Source of the DNA: Actinomycetales bacterium
Lineage (GTDB): Bacteria; Actinomycetota; Actinomycetes; Actinomycetales; Dermatophilaceae
NCBI GenBank assembly: GCA_038224055.1
Contig: JBBRGO010000001.1
Location: 1-43,085, forward strand
DNA: 43,085 nucleotides
Reading direction: 5' to 3'
The position numbers were made by a program, and so were the translations under genes. Under the pieces are notes generated by a model. The model was not told the DNA's origin. It saw only the letters and a list, made by a program, of their open reading frames with translations, and did not search any database. Below are positions 18,171-27,957 of this stretch, in pieces; the first letter of the stretch is position 1, and the number at the start of each line of letters is the position of its first letter.

Positions 18171-19283
18171 TCAGTCCGCGGCGCGCTTCTGCTCGATCTG
18201 CCAGCGGATGCCGGCCTCGACGAAGCCGTCGATCTCGCCGTCGAAGACGGCCGACGGGTTGCCCGTCTCGAACTCCGTCCGCAGGTCCTTGACCATCTGG
18301 TAGGGGTTGAGGACGTAGGAGCGCATCTGGTCGCCCCAGCTCGCCTTGACGTCGCCGGCCATCTCCTTCTTGACGGCGGCCTCCTCGGCCTTGCGCTGGA
18401 TGAGCAGCCGCGACTGGAGGACGCGCAGGGCGGCGGCGCGGTTCTGGATCTGGCTCTTCTCGTTCTGCATCGACACGACGATGCCCGTCGGCAGGTGGGT
18501 CATCCGGACGGCCGAGTCTGTCGTGTTGACGCTCTGACCGCCGGGACCGCTCGAGCGGAAGACGTCGACCTTGAGGTCGTTCTCCGGGATGTCGACGGAG
18601 TCGTCGCTCTCGATGAGCGGGATGACCTCGACGGCCGCGAAGCTCGTCTGGCGCCGCCCCTGGTTGTCGAAGGGGCTGATCCGGACGAGCCGGTGGGTGC
18701 CGGCCTCGACGGAGAGGTGCCCGAAGGCGTAGGGCGCGTTGACCTCGAAGGTCGCGGCCTTGAGGCCGGCCTCCTCGGCGTAGGAGGTGTCCATGACCTT
18801 CGTGGGGTAGTCGTGCCGCTCGGCCCAGCGCAGGTACATCCGCAGCAGCATCTCGGCGAAGTCGGCCGCGTCGACGCCACCGGCTCCGGAGCGGATCGTG
18901 ACGACGGCGGAGCGCTCGTCGTACTCGCCGGAGAGCAGCGTGCGGACCTCGAGCTCACCGACGTCCTTCTTCAGCGTGCGCAGGTCGCGCTCGGCCTCGT
19001 CCATCGTCGCCTGGTCGGCCTCCTCCGTGGCCATCTCGACCAGCGTCTCGAGGTCCTCGATCCGGCCGTCCATCTCGAGGACGCGGTCGCGCTCGGAGTT
19101 GGCCCGCGAGAGGTCGGAGGTCACGATCTGTGCTGCGTCCGGGTCGTCCCAGAGGTCGGGCGTGCTCGCCTGCGCCTCGAGCTCCGTGATCCGCGTCGCG
19201 AGCGCGTCGAGGTCGGTCACCCCGCGCACCGAGTCCATGGTCGCGCGGAGGTCCTTGAGTTCTTGCGCAAAGTCGACAGCCAC
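18171..19283 (-). CDS. prfB: Peptide chain release factor 2
   Basis: GTG start at 19283 gives (M)[18 protein letters not shown]. Contains the SPF-region and the [26 protein letters not shown] motif. The frame is uninterrupted, so no programmed +1 frameshift site is present. Confidence 0.93.
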   Translation of the reverse strand: MAVDFAQELKDLRATMDSVRGVTDLDALATRITELEAQASTPDLWDDPDAAQIVTSDLSRANSERDRVLEMDGRIEDLETLVEMATEEADQATMDEAERDLRTLKKDVGELEVRTLLSGEYDERSAVVTIRSGAGGVDAADFAEMLLRMYLRWAERHDYPTKVMDTSYAEEAGLKAATFEVNAPYAFGHLSVEAGTHRLVRISPFDNQGRRQTSFAAVEVIPLIESDDSVDIPENDLKVDVFRSSGPGGQSVNTTDSAVRMTHLPTGIVVSMQNEKSQIQNRAAALRVLQSRLLIQRKAEEAAVKKEMAGDVKASWGDQMRSYVLNPYQMVKDLRTEFETGNPSAVFDGEIDGFVEAGIRWQIEQKRAAD

Positions 19284-19418
19284 GTTGAGACAGACTACGG
19301 CAGCGCACCCGTGGCCGTCCCACGCCGGCCGGGTCGCCCCGGTGCCGTTGCCCCTCGTCTTCACCCCGGCAGCGTGGGACGATGAAGCCCATCAGGATCT
19401 CGACACGAGGAGCTGGCC

Positions 19419-19760
19419 ATGACCGTCACCCGCGTTCCCACCGCAGACGTCCCGCCCGGGACGGTGACGGGATCCGGCGACTACGCCGTCGGCAACAACG
19501 GCGACTACTTCGCCGTCGGCCGACGGTGCCGACACCTGCGAGCCGATCTTGCGGACGGCAGCATCGACGAGGACGGCTGCCTGGTCTGCCCGTGGCACCA
19601 GTCCACGTACGACGTGAAGACCGGGCAGATGAAGCGCGGACCGCAGGGGGTCTTCGCCAAGATCCCCGGCCTGAGTGCGGCCTTCGTCGCGCTCACCAAG
19701 GTGTTCCCGCTTCGCCGCGGCAGCGTGGCCGTCGACGGGGACGAGCTCCGCGTCGAGTAG
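19419..19760 (+). CDS. Small Rieske (2Fe-2S) domain protein
   Basis: 113 aa. Cluster ligands CRH (RRCRHLRADL) and CPWH (CLVCPWHQS). GAGGAG Shine-Dalgarno. Confidence 0.8.
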   Translation: MTVTRVPTADVPPGTVTGSGDYAVGNNGDYFAVGRRCRHLRADLADGSIDEDGCLVCPWHQSTYDVKTGQMKRGPQGVFAKIPGLSAAFVALTKVFPLRRGSVAVDGDELRVE

Positions 19761-19822
19761 GTCACCGAGTAGGTCACCGAGGAGCGGTCACCGAGGCGGC
19801 TCGGCCCTGTCGAGGTGGGGCT

Positions 19823-19890
19823 GGAGCCCCGCGGACCGTGCCGTGAGGCCGAGCTGCCGGCTCTGAACTCACGGCGCGGTCCGGGGCTCC
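19823..19890. terminator. Long imperfect hairpin between the convergent Rieske and esterase genes
   Basis: Left arm GGAGCCCCGCGGACCGTGCCGTGAG (19823-19847) pairs with right arm CTCACGGCGCGGTCCGGGGCTCC (19868-19890). About 22 bp pair, with one 2-nt bulge and one mismatch. It ends 1 nt before the esterase stop codon. Confidence 0.5.
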
Positions 19891-19891
19891 C

Positions 19892-20848
19892 TCAGGTCAG
19901 GGCGCGCTTGAGTGCATCGATACGCATGGCCCAGATCCGCTGCGACAGAGGCGCTTCCGGGGCGAAGGTCTCGGAGGCGTGGTAGGCGCCGGGGTTGATG
20001 TGCAGCTCGGTCGGCACGCCGGCCTGGAGCAGCCGCGTCGCGAAGGCGATGTCCTCGTCGCGGAAGAGGTCGTGGCTGCCCACGTCGATGAAGGTCGGCG
20101 GCAGACCCGACAGGTCCTCGACACGGGCGGGTGCGGCGTACCCGTCGGCCTCGGCTCCCCCGAGGTACCAGCCCCAGGCCTCGATGTTGCCGTCGCGGTC
20201 CCAGATGCCGATCTCGGTGACCGCACGGCTCGAGGCGCTCTCGTTGCGGTCGTCGATCATCGGGTAGATGGGCATCAGGAAGGAGATGGCGGGGGCGCCG
20301 CGGTCCCGGGCCATCAGGGCGGTGGCGATGGCGAGGCCACCCCCGGCGCTCCCGCCGTAGACGGCGAGCCGGGTCGGGTCGATGCCGAGCTCCTCGGCGT
20401 GACCGGCCATCCAGACCAGCCCGGCGTAGCAGTCCTCCGCGGGGGCGGGGTGGGGGTCCTCCGGCGCGAGTCGGTACTCCACCGACACGACGACCGCGCC
20501 CACGGCCTCGCAGAACATCTCCGCGGTGAGCGACTCGCCGTCGACGTTACCGAGCACCATGCCGCCGCCGTGGATGTAGAAGATCCCGGGCAGGACCCCT
20601 GCAGCCCCGGCGGGGCGGAAGACCCGGACGCCGACCTCGGGCGCACCCTCGGGTCCGGGGACCATCCGGTCCTCCCGCTCGACCCGCTCGTTCGGCGCGA
20701 GGTCGGCGGTCATCGCCTCGAGCAGTGCGGTCGCGGCGGCCCGGCGCTCCCCCAGGTCGGCGATGGCGTTGAAGCCTCCGGGCATCATCGTGAGCAGCTG
20801 CTCCAGCGGCTCACGAGAGGCGGGGTCGATGGTGTCGCGTTGGCTCAT
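19892..20848 (-). CDS. Alpha/beta hydrolase, hormone-sensitive-lipase-like esterase family
   Basis: 318 aa. Oxyanion motif FYIHGGGMVLG (HGGG) and nucleophile elbow VYGGSAGGGLA (GxSxG). Confidence 0.85.
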   Translation of the reverse strand: MSQRDTIDPASREPLEQLLTMMPGGFNAIADLGERRAAATALLEAMTADLAPNERVEREDRMVPGPEGAPEVGVRVFRPAGAAGVLPGIFYIHGGGMVLGNVDGESLTAEMFCEAVGAVVVSVEYRLAPEDPHPAPAEDCYAGLVWMAGHAEELGIDPTRLAVYGGSAGGGLAIATALMARDRGAPAISFLMPIYPMIDDRNESASSRAVTEIGIWDRDGNIEAWGWYLGGAEADGYAAPARVEDLSGLPPTFIDVGSHDLFRDEDIAFATRLLQAGVPTELHINPGAYHASETFAPEAPLSQRIWAMRIDALKRALT

Positions 20849-21044
20849 GGAGGCTCCTTCGCCGTCCGGTGACCACGGCCTCGGGCCGTGGTGGGGTCGC
20901 GATCACCCTTTCATCGGGCGGGCCCCGGCGGAAGGGCCGCTCACGCCTGTGACGCTCCTCGCGGTCGCGCGTAGAAGGGGACCCGACCTGTCACGCTGCT
21001 GCCACTGGACGACACCGGACGTCACTGAGCCAGCTGGAGGACCG

Positions 21045-21995
21045 ATGCCCCGCGGCAGCCGCTCGATCACCCTGCGTTTCCTCGCCGCCCCCACCGACGG
21101 GGGCTACTCCGGCACCGTGAGCGGCGGCCGGGTCCTCGAATGGATCGACAAGGCGGGGTATGCCGCGGCCGCCGGCTGGAGCGGGACCTACTCCGTCACG
21201 GCGTACGTCGGCGACGTGCGCTTCACCCGGCCGGTCGACGTCGGTGACCTCGTCGAGGCGACGGCGCGGCTCGTCCACACCGGCCGCAGCAGCATGCACA
21301 TCCTCGTCACGGTCAGCTCGGGCAACCCGCGCGAGGACGAGCTCGTGCTGGCGACGCAGTGCCTGATGGTCTTCGTCGCGGTGGACGGCGACGGCCGCCC
21401 CACCCCCGTGCCCGAACTGACCGCCGAGACCGACGAGGACCGGGAGCGGCAGCGCAGCGCCGTGGCGCGGATCGACCTACGGGCCCGGATCGCCACCGCG
21501 ATGGCCGCACAGACCTACAGCGACGCCGGGAGCGCCCCGAAGACGGTGCTGCGCTTCCTCGCCGCGCCCACCGACGTCAACTGGGGCGGCAAGGTGCACG
21601 GCGGCATCGTCATGCGCTGGATCGACGAGGCCGCGCACGTGCTGGCCACCCGATGGACGGGCAGCGCCGCGAACGTCGCGGTCTACTCCGGCGGCGTCCG
21701 CTTCTACCGGCCCCTGCACATCGGGGACCTCGTCGAGGTCGAGGCCCGGCTGCTGCTCACCGGGACGTCGAGCATGCACATCAGCGTGCACGTCCGCTCC
21801 GGCGACCCGGCCGGGGGCGAGCCCGAGCTGACCACGCACTCCCTCATCGTCTTCGTCCCCCTCGACGCCGAGGGCGGCGCCGTCCCGGCCCGCCCCTGGG
21901 TGCCGCGCACCGACGAGGACCGCGCCCTGCGCGACCACGCGCTCGAGCTCGTCACCCTGCGCCAGAGCATCGACGCCGAGCGCCACGTCCCCTGA
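21045..21995 (+). CDS. Acyl-CoA thioesterase with tandem hotdog domains
   Basis: ATG at 21045 (GGAGG Shine-Dalgarno). Two homologous halves: LRFLAAPTDGGYSGTVSGGRVLEWIDKAGY...VGDLVEATARLVHTGRSSMHI and LRFLAAPTDVNWGGKVHGGIVMRWIDEAAH...IGDLVEVEARLLLTGTSSMHI. Confidence 0.85.
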   Translation: MPRGSRSITLRFLAAPTDGGYSGTVSGGRVLEWIDKAGYAAAAGWSGTYSVTAYVGDVRFTRPVDVGDLVEATARLVHTGRSSMHILVTVSSGNPREDELVLATQCLMVFVAVDGDGRPTPVPELTAETDEDRERQRSAVARIDLRARIATAMAAQTYSDAGSAPKTVLRFLAAPTDVNWGGKVHGGIVMRWIDEAAHVLATRWTGSAANVAVYSGGVRFYRPLHIGDLVEVEARLLLTGTSSMHISVHVRSGDPAGGEPELTTHSLIVFVPLDAEGGAVPARPWVPRTDEDRALRDHALELVTLRQSIDAERHVP

Positions 21996-22001
21996 CGCTG
22001 C

Positions 22002-22928
22002 TCAGCGCACCCGGGTGGGCAGATGGCGTCGCGGTGACATCCGCGGGCCGCGGCGGGGACGGTGGTGGCCGGCGAGGCCGAGCAGGCGCTGCACCCGGTA
22101 GCGGTGCCCGCGGTAGGGCTCGAGCAGCTCGGCGAGCCCCACGTCGTCGACCGGCGCGCCGGTCAGGGCCCAGCCGATGTCCTTCGCCACGTGGTAGTCG
22201 CCGAAGCTGACCGCGTCCGCGTCGCCGAGGGCCCGCTGGGCGACCTCGGCGCTCGTCCAGACCCCGATGCCCGGCAGCGCCCGCATGCGCCGGCGAGCCT
22301 CGACGGCCGAGATGCCGGCTCCCTCCTCGAGGCGCCCCGCATGTCCGGCGGCCCGGACGAGCGTGCGGGAACGGGCACCGTCGACCGAGGCCTGGAGCCA
22401 GGCCCACGACGGGATCGCGGCCCAGCCCTGCGCCGTCGGCGGGGCGAAGAGCGTCGGGCCGAACGGCCCCGGTGCGGCCTCGCCGTAGCGGCGCACGAGC
22501 AGCCGGTAGCCGGCGAAGGCCTCCTGTCCGGTGACCTTCTGCTCGATGACGGCGGGGGCCAGCGCGTCCATGACGAGGCCCGAGCGGGGCACCCGCCAGT
22601 GCGGGAACCGCCGCCACGCCTCGGCGACGAGGTCATGGTGCGCGATGAAGTCGGACGGGTCGTCGTCGTCGCCGAGCAGCGCCGGCACGGAGTCGAGCAG
22701 CCACTCGGCTCCCGGCCCCCAGGCCTCCGCCTCGACGGCGGACTCGGCTGTGCGGCATACGAGCTGGAGCGTGCCCGCACCCTCCGGAGTCTGCGCCGCC
22801 CGCACGACCCAGCCGTCGCGACCCCACCGACAGGTGGGGTCACCGGCCCCGCGGCGAAAGACACCGACCTGCGCACGCAGGTGGATCTCGCGATCCGTCT
22901 GCCAGCGACGGGTGAGGGATTCGGGCAC
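22002..22928 (-). CDS. DNA-3-methyladenine glycosylase II (AlkA-like, HhH-GPD) family protein
   Basis: GTG at 22928. HhH-GPD region LPGIGVWTSAEVAQRALGDADAVSFGDYHV. The rest of ORF 22002..23717 overlaps the DUF3105 gene and is rejected. Confidence 0.7.
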   Translation of the reverse strand: MPESLTRRWQTDREIHLRAQVGVFRRGAGDPTCRWGRDGWVVRAAQTPEGAGTLQLVCRTAESAVEAEAWGPGAEWLLDSVPALLGDDDDPSDFIAHHDLVAEAWRRFPHWRVPRSGLVMDALAPAVIEQKVTGQEAFAGYRLLVRRYGEAAPGPFGPTLFAPPTAQGWAAIPSWAWLQASVDGARSRTLVRAAGHAGRLEEGAGISAVEARRRMRALPGIGVWTSAEVAQRALGDADAVSFGDYHVAKDIGWALTGAPVDDVGLAELLEPYRGHRYRVQRLLGLAGHHRPRRGPRMSPRRHLPTRVR

Positions 22929-23009
22929 CCGCCCATCCTCGCCTAGACTCGGGCCGACGGTGCACCGGCCTTCTGACCGCACCGCCCGCCACGACTGGAA
23001 CGAGGAACG

Positions 23010-23753
23010 ATGGCCCGGGACACGACCCGAGACCGCCGCGAACGCGCAGCCCGGATGCAGGCCGAGCAGAAGGCTGGCGAGCGCCGCCGTCTCCTCGTCG
23101 TCGTTGGGGCGTGCGTAGCCGTCATCGCGATCATCGGCGCCGCCGTCACGTGGGCTGTCCGCAGCGAGCAGAACAAGAAGGCCGAGGCCATCAGCGCAAT
23201 CAGCGGGGATGTGGCGGCCGCGTCCTGCGACGCCGTCACCGATGACCCCGCCTCCGGCTCGAGCGACCACGTCGGCCCCGGCACGAGCACCCCCGACGTC
23301 ACGCGCATCGACTACGCGACGGTCCCGCCCTCGAGCGGCCAGCACTTCGTCTCGCCCGCGCTCGAGCAGCGCCGCGTCTACACCGTCGCCGACGCCCCGC
23401 CGGTCGAGAACCTCGTGCACAACCTCGAGCACGGTTACACGATCCTCTGGTACGACCCCTCGGTCGAGAAGGCCGACGCGGCCAGCTTCGACGCGCTCGC
23501 GACGCGCGTCAACGCGATGAAGGAGTCGGCGGGGAAGTTCCTCGTCACGCCGTGGGACGTGAGCCGGGGGGCCTTCCCGGACGGGAAGAAGTACGCGCTG
23601 TCGCACTGGTCGGCCGACGTCGACGCACAGACCGGAAAGGTGGGCAACCAGATGGGCCACCGCCAGCTGTGCGGGGGCCTCAACACCTCCGTGGTCGAGG
23701 ACTTCGTCAAGGCCCACCCGTGGTCATCCACCCCGGAGCCCGGCGCCGCCTGA
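23010..23753 (+). CDS. DUF3105 domain-containing membrane-anchored protein
   Basis: 247 aa. Basic N-terminus plus one TM segment, then VPPSSGQHF ... VHNLEHGYTILWYDP ... ALSHW, typical of DUF3105. Confidence 0.8.
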   Translation: MARDTTRDRRERAARMQAEQKAGERRRLLVVVGACVAVIAIIGAAVTWAVRSEQNKKAEAISAISGDVAAASCDAVTDDPASGSSDHVGPGTSTPDVTRIDYATVPPSSGQHFVSPALEQRRVYTVADAPPVENLVHNLEHGYTILWYDPSVEKADAASFDALATRVNAMKESAGKFLVTPWDVSRGAFPDGKKYALSHWSADVDAQTGKVGNQMGHRQLCGGLNTSVVEDFVKAHPWSSTPEPGAA

Positions 23754-23801
23754 GCCGACGCGGCTCGGAATCGTCGTGCGCCCTCGGGCGTTGGACGTGT
23801 C

Positions 23802-24236
23802 ATGACGATCACTGGTGACTACATCCCGAGCCCCAGCGCGTGGGTCCGCAAGCAGGTCGAGACGATCGCGGAGACCGGCACGACCGGCTCCGTCGACATC
23901 CAGGGCCTGCCCGTCGTCCTGCTGACGATGCTCGGCGCGAAGTCCGGGTCGGTGCGCAAGGTCCCTCTCATGCGGGTCGAGCACGACGGGGCGTATGCCG
24001 CTGTCGCGAGCCAGGGCGGGGCGCCCGAGCACCCGCAGTGGTACCACAACCTGCGCAAGCACCCGGACCTCGACCTCCAGGTCGGCGAGGAGACGTTCGC
24101 CGTGCATGCCCGCGAGGTCGAGGGTGCGGAGCGGGCCGCCTGGTGGGAGCGCTGCGTCGATGCCTTCCCGCCCTACGCCGGGTACCAGGTGAAGACCGAG
24201 CGGCTCATCCCCGTCTTCGTCCTCGAGCGCGTCTAG
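23802..24236 (+). CDS. Deazaflavin (F420)-dependent nitroreductase family protein (DUF385)
   Basis: 144 aa. GLPVVLLTMLGAKSGSVRKVPLMRVEHDGAYAAVASQGGAPEHPQWYHNLRKHP ... FPPYAGYQVKTERLIPVFVLE. Confidence 0.88.
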   Translation: MTITGDYIPSPSAWVRKQVETIAETGTTGSVDIQGLPVVLLTMLGAKSGSVRKVPLMRVEHDGAYAAVASQGGAPEHPQWYHNLRKHPDLDLQVGEETFAVHAREVEGAERAAWWERCVDAFPPYAGYQVKTERLIPVFVLERV

Positions 24237-24352
24237 GGGCCTGACGCCCCTCGCCCATCGTCCACAGGCGGGCGGCGAGCCCCTTGGTCGGACCGATCAC
24301 CTGTTGCGGCTTGGGTGGGCACGCCCATCGATGGTTCGATTCGTCGGTGACG

Positions 24353-24862
24353 ATGTTCTCGGTTCCTTCGCCAGACCTCTTCCACCCATGGCTGGATTGC
24401 ATGCGTGACTTCGGCGACGGACCGCGGGACGGGTCAGGCGACTGGCAGGTGCCCGACCTCGGCCCCGACCGCACGTCGTTCGAGGCACTCCTGTCCATCG
24501 TCCGGCTCGAATCGGACCCCGCGAGCGTCCTGCCTGCCGGACACGTTCACAGCGACTACTACTGGGTGACCGAGGGACGCGACATGGTCGGGTTCCTGGC
24601 TGTACGTCACTCCATCGACAGCGACTTCCTCCGCACCCAGGGGGGACACGTCGGCTACAGCATTCGTCCGTCCAACCGACGCCACGGTCACGCGTCGCGG
24701 GCCCTCGGACACGCACTCGATCGAGCACGCGACCTGGGCCTGACGCGGGTGCTGCTGACCTGCGCCGAGGACAATGTCGGCTCGCGCCGCACCATCGAGG
24801 GTCAAGGAGGCGTGTTCGAGAGCGTCTTCGGCGACAAGAACCGCTACTGGATCGAGCTGTGA
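24353..24862 (+). CDS. GNAT family N-acetyltransferase
   Basis: ATG at 24353 within ORF 24284..24862. Acetyl-CoA region GYSIRPSNRRHGHASRALGHALDRARDLGLTRVLLTCAEDNVGSRRTIE. Confidence 0.75.
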   Translation: MFSVPSPDLFHPWLDCMRDFGDGPRDGSGDWQVPDLGPDRTSFEALLSIVRLESDPASVLPAGHVHSDYYWVTEGRDMVGFLAVRHSIDSDFLRTQGGHVGYSIRPSNRRHGHASRALGHALDRARDLGLTRVLLTCAEDNVGSRRTIEGQGGVFESVFGDKNRYWIEL

Positions 24863-24899
24863 CCCTGCCATCGGGCCCCTCGGCCTCACCGACCGCGCA

Positions 24900-25904
24900 C
24901 TACTCCGGGTCGCGCGTGGGGGCCGTTTCCCTCGACGACGCGGGCGCTGGGCCGACGTGGGACTCCTGGCCCGCGCGGCGTTCGCCGATGAGGTGGTGGG
25001 AGCGGGCGTAGAGCCAGCCGGCGAGGGCTGCGACGACATCGACGAGGGTGACGATGAAGCGCGACACGATGGCCACTGCGGCCGCCGCCGGGGCGGGGAT
25101 CGCGGTGGACAGGATGAGGGTCAGCAGTCCCTCGCGGGCCCCCAGACCTGCCGGCAGGATGATCGTCAACATCCCGAGCGACACCGAGAGCGCATAACCG
25201 GTCATCGCGGCTGTCGCGAGGTCGGGGTGGGGCGCGTCGCCCGACACGGCCCGGGCGAGCAGGAGCGTGTGCAGCCCGAACGCGAGCCACACCGCGATGA
25301 AGGTCGCGACCGCAGAGAGCACCGCCCGCGCCGACAGCGCCTGCTCGAGGGGCTCCCGCTTGAGCAGCCGCAACAAGGTCGCGACGAGCAGGTTGAGCAG
25401 CCGCGGCACGAGGAGGACGACGACGAGGGGAACGGCGAGCAGGATCCACCAGTCGAAGCCGCTCGCGGAGCGTCGTAGCAGGAACGACGCCGCCGGGAGC
25501 CCGACGAGCAGGCCGGTGAGCAGGGAGAGCCCGAGCGCGAGCAGACCGGCGACCGCCGTGCGACGTCGCGGCACCTTGAGGTGGGCCGCGATGTCGGCCT
25601 GGACGAGCACCGACCACAGCGACCCGGGCAGGTACTTGCCGAGCTGGCCCACGAAGTAGACCCCGGTCGCGGGGGCGAGGTGCAGGTCCGAGCCGAGGTC
25701 GCGCAGCAGCGTCTTCCAGCCGATCATCGTCAGCCAGGTCCCGACCGCCGCGCACAGGGTCGACAGGGCGAAGGTCTGCCAGGAGATCTGGCTGAGGTGC
25801 ACCGAGACGTCGCCCCAGTTCCCGGCCACGGCCCAGATGACCGCCGCGAGCGTGACGACCGCGATGCCGACCCGCAGCACGGTGAGGATGCGAGAGCGTG
25901 TCAT
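24900..25904 (-). CDS. UPF0104 / lysylphosphatidylglycerol-synthase-TM-like (flippase-like) membrane protein
   Basis: 334 aa from the ATG at 25904, 1 nt after the upstream stop. Polytopic, with FVGQLGKYLPGSLWSVLVQ typical of this family. Confidence 0.75.
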   Translation of the reverse strand: MTRSRILTVLRVGIAVVTLAAVIWAVAGNWGDVSVHLSQISWQTFALSTLCAAVGTWLTMIGWKTLLRDLGSDLHLAPATGVYFVGQLGKYLPGSLWSVLVQADIAAHLKVPRRRTAVAGLLALGLSLLTGLLVGLPAASFLLRRSASGFDWWILLAVPLVVVLLVPRLLNLLVATLLRLLKREPLEQALSARAVLSAVATFIAVWLAFGLHTLLLARAVSGDAPHPDLATAAMTGYALSVSLGMLTIILPAGLGAREGLLTLILSTAIPAPAAAAVAIVSRFIVTLVDVVAALAGWLYARSHHLIGERRAGQESHVGPAPASSRETAPTRDPE

Positions 25905-25905
25905 C

Positions 25906-27957
25906 TCAGCGCCTCCGTAGCGTGAGCCGCACGAGGCCGTATGCCGCGTCGTCCGCTCGAGCGCGCGCCCGAGCGTCGCGCATCCGCGAGGTGACGTCGC
26001 CGTCAAGGTCGCCGATGAGGACGAAGCCGAGCTCGTGGGCCCGGGCCATGATCCCGCGGACGTCGGCGGGTCCGACGGCGCCGTCGGCTGATGGCGGTCC
26101 GATCGGGACCGTCACGATGAGCAGTCCCCCGGACCGGAGCGCCCAGGAGGCCTGCTCGAGAACGTGGTCGATGTCCTCCCCGTCGCACCCGCGGGGATGG
26201 ATCCGCACGATGACGTCGAGGGAGCCGGTGTCGACGTCGAGCGCGGCGATGTGGGGGTGGGAGCCGGTGAAGTCGATCTCGACGGGGGCAAAACCGACGG
26301 CGCGGGCCCACCGGGACAGCAGGGACCGGGTGCCCGACTCGTCGACGATGACGGCGCTGCGACGCCCGTCGTCACGGACCCGGATGATGGTGGCGAGCGC
26401 CCCGAGCGCCGCCCACGTCGAGACCCCGTCGAGCGACCGGGGCAGGCCGAGGAAGCGAGCGAGCCGACGCGCCTCGTCGGCCTGGACCGGGTCACCGAGG
26501 ACGTCGGAGGCGTGCACCCACCCGGGAAGGTCCTCGGGGCCGAGGTCGAGCACCGAACGGCGGGAGCTGAGGCTCCGGCTCACGCGACGTGCGTTCCGGG
26601 ACACGGCCGTCACGCCGGTAGCGACCCGGCCACCGACGAGCCCACCGACGAGCCCGGCGGCACGAGAGATCCGGGCCGCTCGCGTCCGGTCGCGGTCGCC
26701 GACGGCCCCGTCGCCGTCGCCGCGGGGGCGGTCCTGCGCCCCGGTCGCCCCGGGCCCCGAGCCGAGCACCCGCTCGTCGACCGAGAGGGCCTCGATCGTC
26801 CCGAGGTAGTGCGCCCACGGGCCGGACAGGTCCGGGGTCTTGACGCCATCGGCGAGACGGCGGCGCAGCTCCGGCTCGCCGAGCCGTCGCAGCGCCCGCG
26901 CGAGAGCCCGTTCGTCCTCGGGCGGCACGAGGAGCCCGTTGACGCCGTCCGTCACCTGCTGGGAGAACGGCACCATGTCGGACGCGAGGACGGGCAGACC
27001 GTGGGCATGGGCGAGGGTGACGTTCTGGGACGCGGTCGGCGACCGGTAGGCGAGGGCCAGCACGTCGTGGTCGGCGAGGAGCGCCGCGAGCTGGTCGGCC
27101 GGCACGTACCCGTCACGGATCTCGACCCGACCGGCGAGGCTCGGGTCGGACGCCAGGGCGCCGATGATCGCGCGGTTGCCGCCCCACAGCTCCCCCGCGA
27201 TGGTGAGGGTGACGTCCGGCACCTCGCGCATCGCGCGCAGCAGCACGTCGATCCCCTGGTGCTCACGGACGAGCCCGAGCGCGAGCAGCCGCGTCGGGCC
27301 GGGCCGGGCGTCGTGCGAGATGGGGTCTCCGCCCGGCAGGTGCGGCGGCAGGTCCGAGACCGAGACCCGTCGAGCTCCGAGGTCTCGCGCGATCCTCGCC
27401 TGGTCGGCGCTGTGGACGAGCACCGCGTCGACCCGGGACAGGAGCGAGCCCATCAGCCTTCGGTCACCGGGGCGCGGCTCGTTCGGGAGCACGTTGTGGC
27501 AGAGCACGACGGACTGGGGCCGAGGGCCTGGCGTCCGCGCGCCGTGCTCGGCCCCGGCCAACGCCCCCGCAGCACCGAGGAGCGCGAGGTGGGCCGGGAC
27601 CATCAAGGGGATGAGGTGCACGACGATGACGGCGTCGACGCCGCGCAGCCGGTGACCGGCGCGGACCCACGTGTCGGGACGGGCCCAGCTGAGGGCTCGG
27701 ATCGTCCGGGGGTAGGGGGTCACCTCGGGAGCGCCGGACGGGACCGTCGCCTCCACCTGACGCAACCGGGAAGGATAGAGGTGCGCCCAGGAGACGAGGA
27801 CCACGTCGTGTCCGGCATCGCTGAGGTGGTGCGCGAGCATCGTCGTGTGCGCAGCCACTCCGCCCCGGTGCGGGTGGGTCGGGCCGACGACCGCGAGCCG
27901 CAGCGCTGCCGAGCCGGACGCCGCAGCGCCCGGCTCCTCGATCCTCGCATCCGTCAT
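25906..27957 (-). CDS. Fusion protein: N-terminal GT4-type (GT-B) glycosyltransferase plus C-terminal class-I-methyltransferase-like domain
   Basis: 683 aa with GGAGG Shine-Dalgarno. The N-terminal 400 aa or so carry GT-B features (RLAVVGPTHPHRGGVAAH..., AYRSPTASQNVTLAHAHGLPVLASD). A Gly/Arg/Asp-rich linker follows. The C-terminal 200 aa or so resemble methyltransferase strands (VIVDESGTRS, LDVIVRIHP, LRSGGLLIVTV) but lack a canonical GxGxG. Confidence 0.7.
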   Translation of the reverse strand: MTDARIEEPGAAASGSAALRLAVVGPTHPHRGGVAAHTTMLAHHLSDAGHDVVLVSWAHLYPSRLRQVEATVPSGAPEVTPYPRTIRALSWARPDTWVRAGHRLRGVDAVIVVHLIPLMVPAHLALLGAAGALAGAEHGARTPGPRPQSVVLCHNVLPNEPRPGDRRLMGSLLSRVDAVLVHSADQARIARDLGARRVSVSDLPPHLPGGDPISHDARPGPTRLLALGLVREHQGIDVLLRAMREVPDVTLTIAGELWGGNRAIIGALASDPSLAGRVEIRDGYVPADQLAALLADHDVLALAYRSPTASQNVTLAHAHGLPVLASDMVPFSQQVTDGVNGLLVPPEDERALARALRRLGEPELRRRLADGVKTPDLSGPWAHYLGTIEALSVDERVLGSGPGATGAQDRPRGDGDGAVGDRDRTRAARISRAAGLVGGLVGGRVATGVTAVSRNARRVSRSLSSRRSVLDLGPEDLPGWVHASDVLGDPVQADEARRLARFLGLPRSLDGVSTWAALGALATIIRVRDDGRRSAVIVDESGTRSLLSRWARAVGFAPVEIDFTGSHPHIAALDVDTGSLDVIVRIHPRGCDGEDIDHVLEQASWALRSGGLLIVTVPIGPPSADGAVGPADVRGIMARAHELGFVLIGDLDGDVTSRMRDARARARADDAAYGLVRLTLRRR

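Noticed and set aside
18171-19364. A programmed +1 frameshift site in prfB, and the longer N-terminus from the ATG at 19364.
   Set aside because: The RF2 frame is uninterrupted from the GTG at 19283, which gives the typical (M)[12 protein letters not shown]-terminus, and there is no in-frame TGA. The extra 27 codons upstream have no RF2 counterpart.
20944-21001. Two similar 11-mers, CCTGTGACGCT at 20946 and CCTGTCACGCT at 20987, in the esterase/thioesterase divergent region as a possible operator pair.
   Set aside because: They are short, have a mismatch at the centre and show no palindromic symmetry. This could easily be chance in GC-rich DNA.
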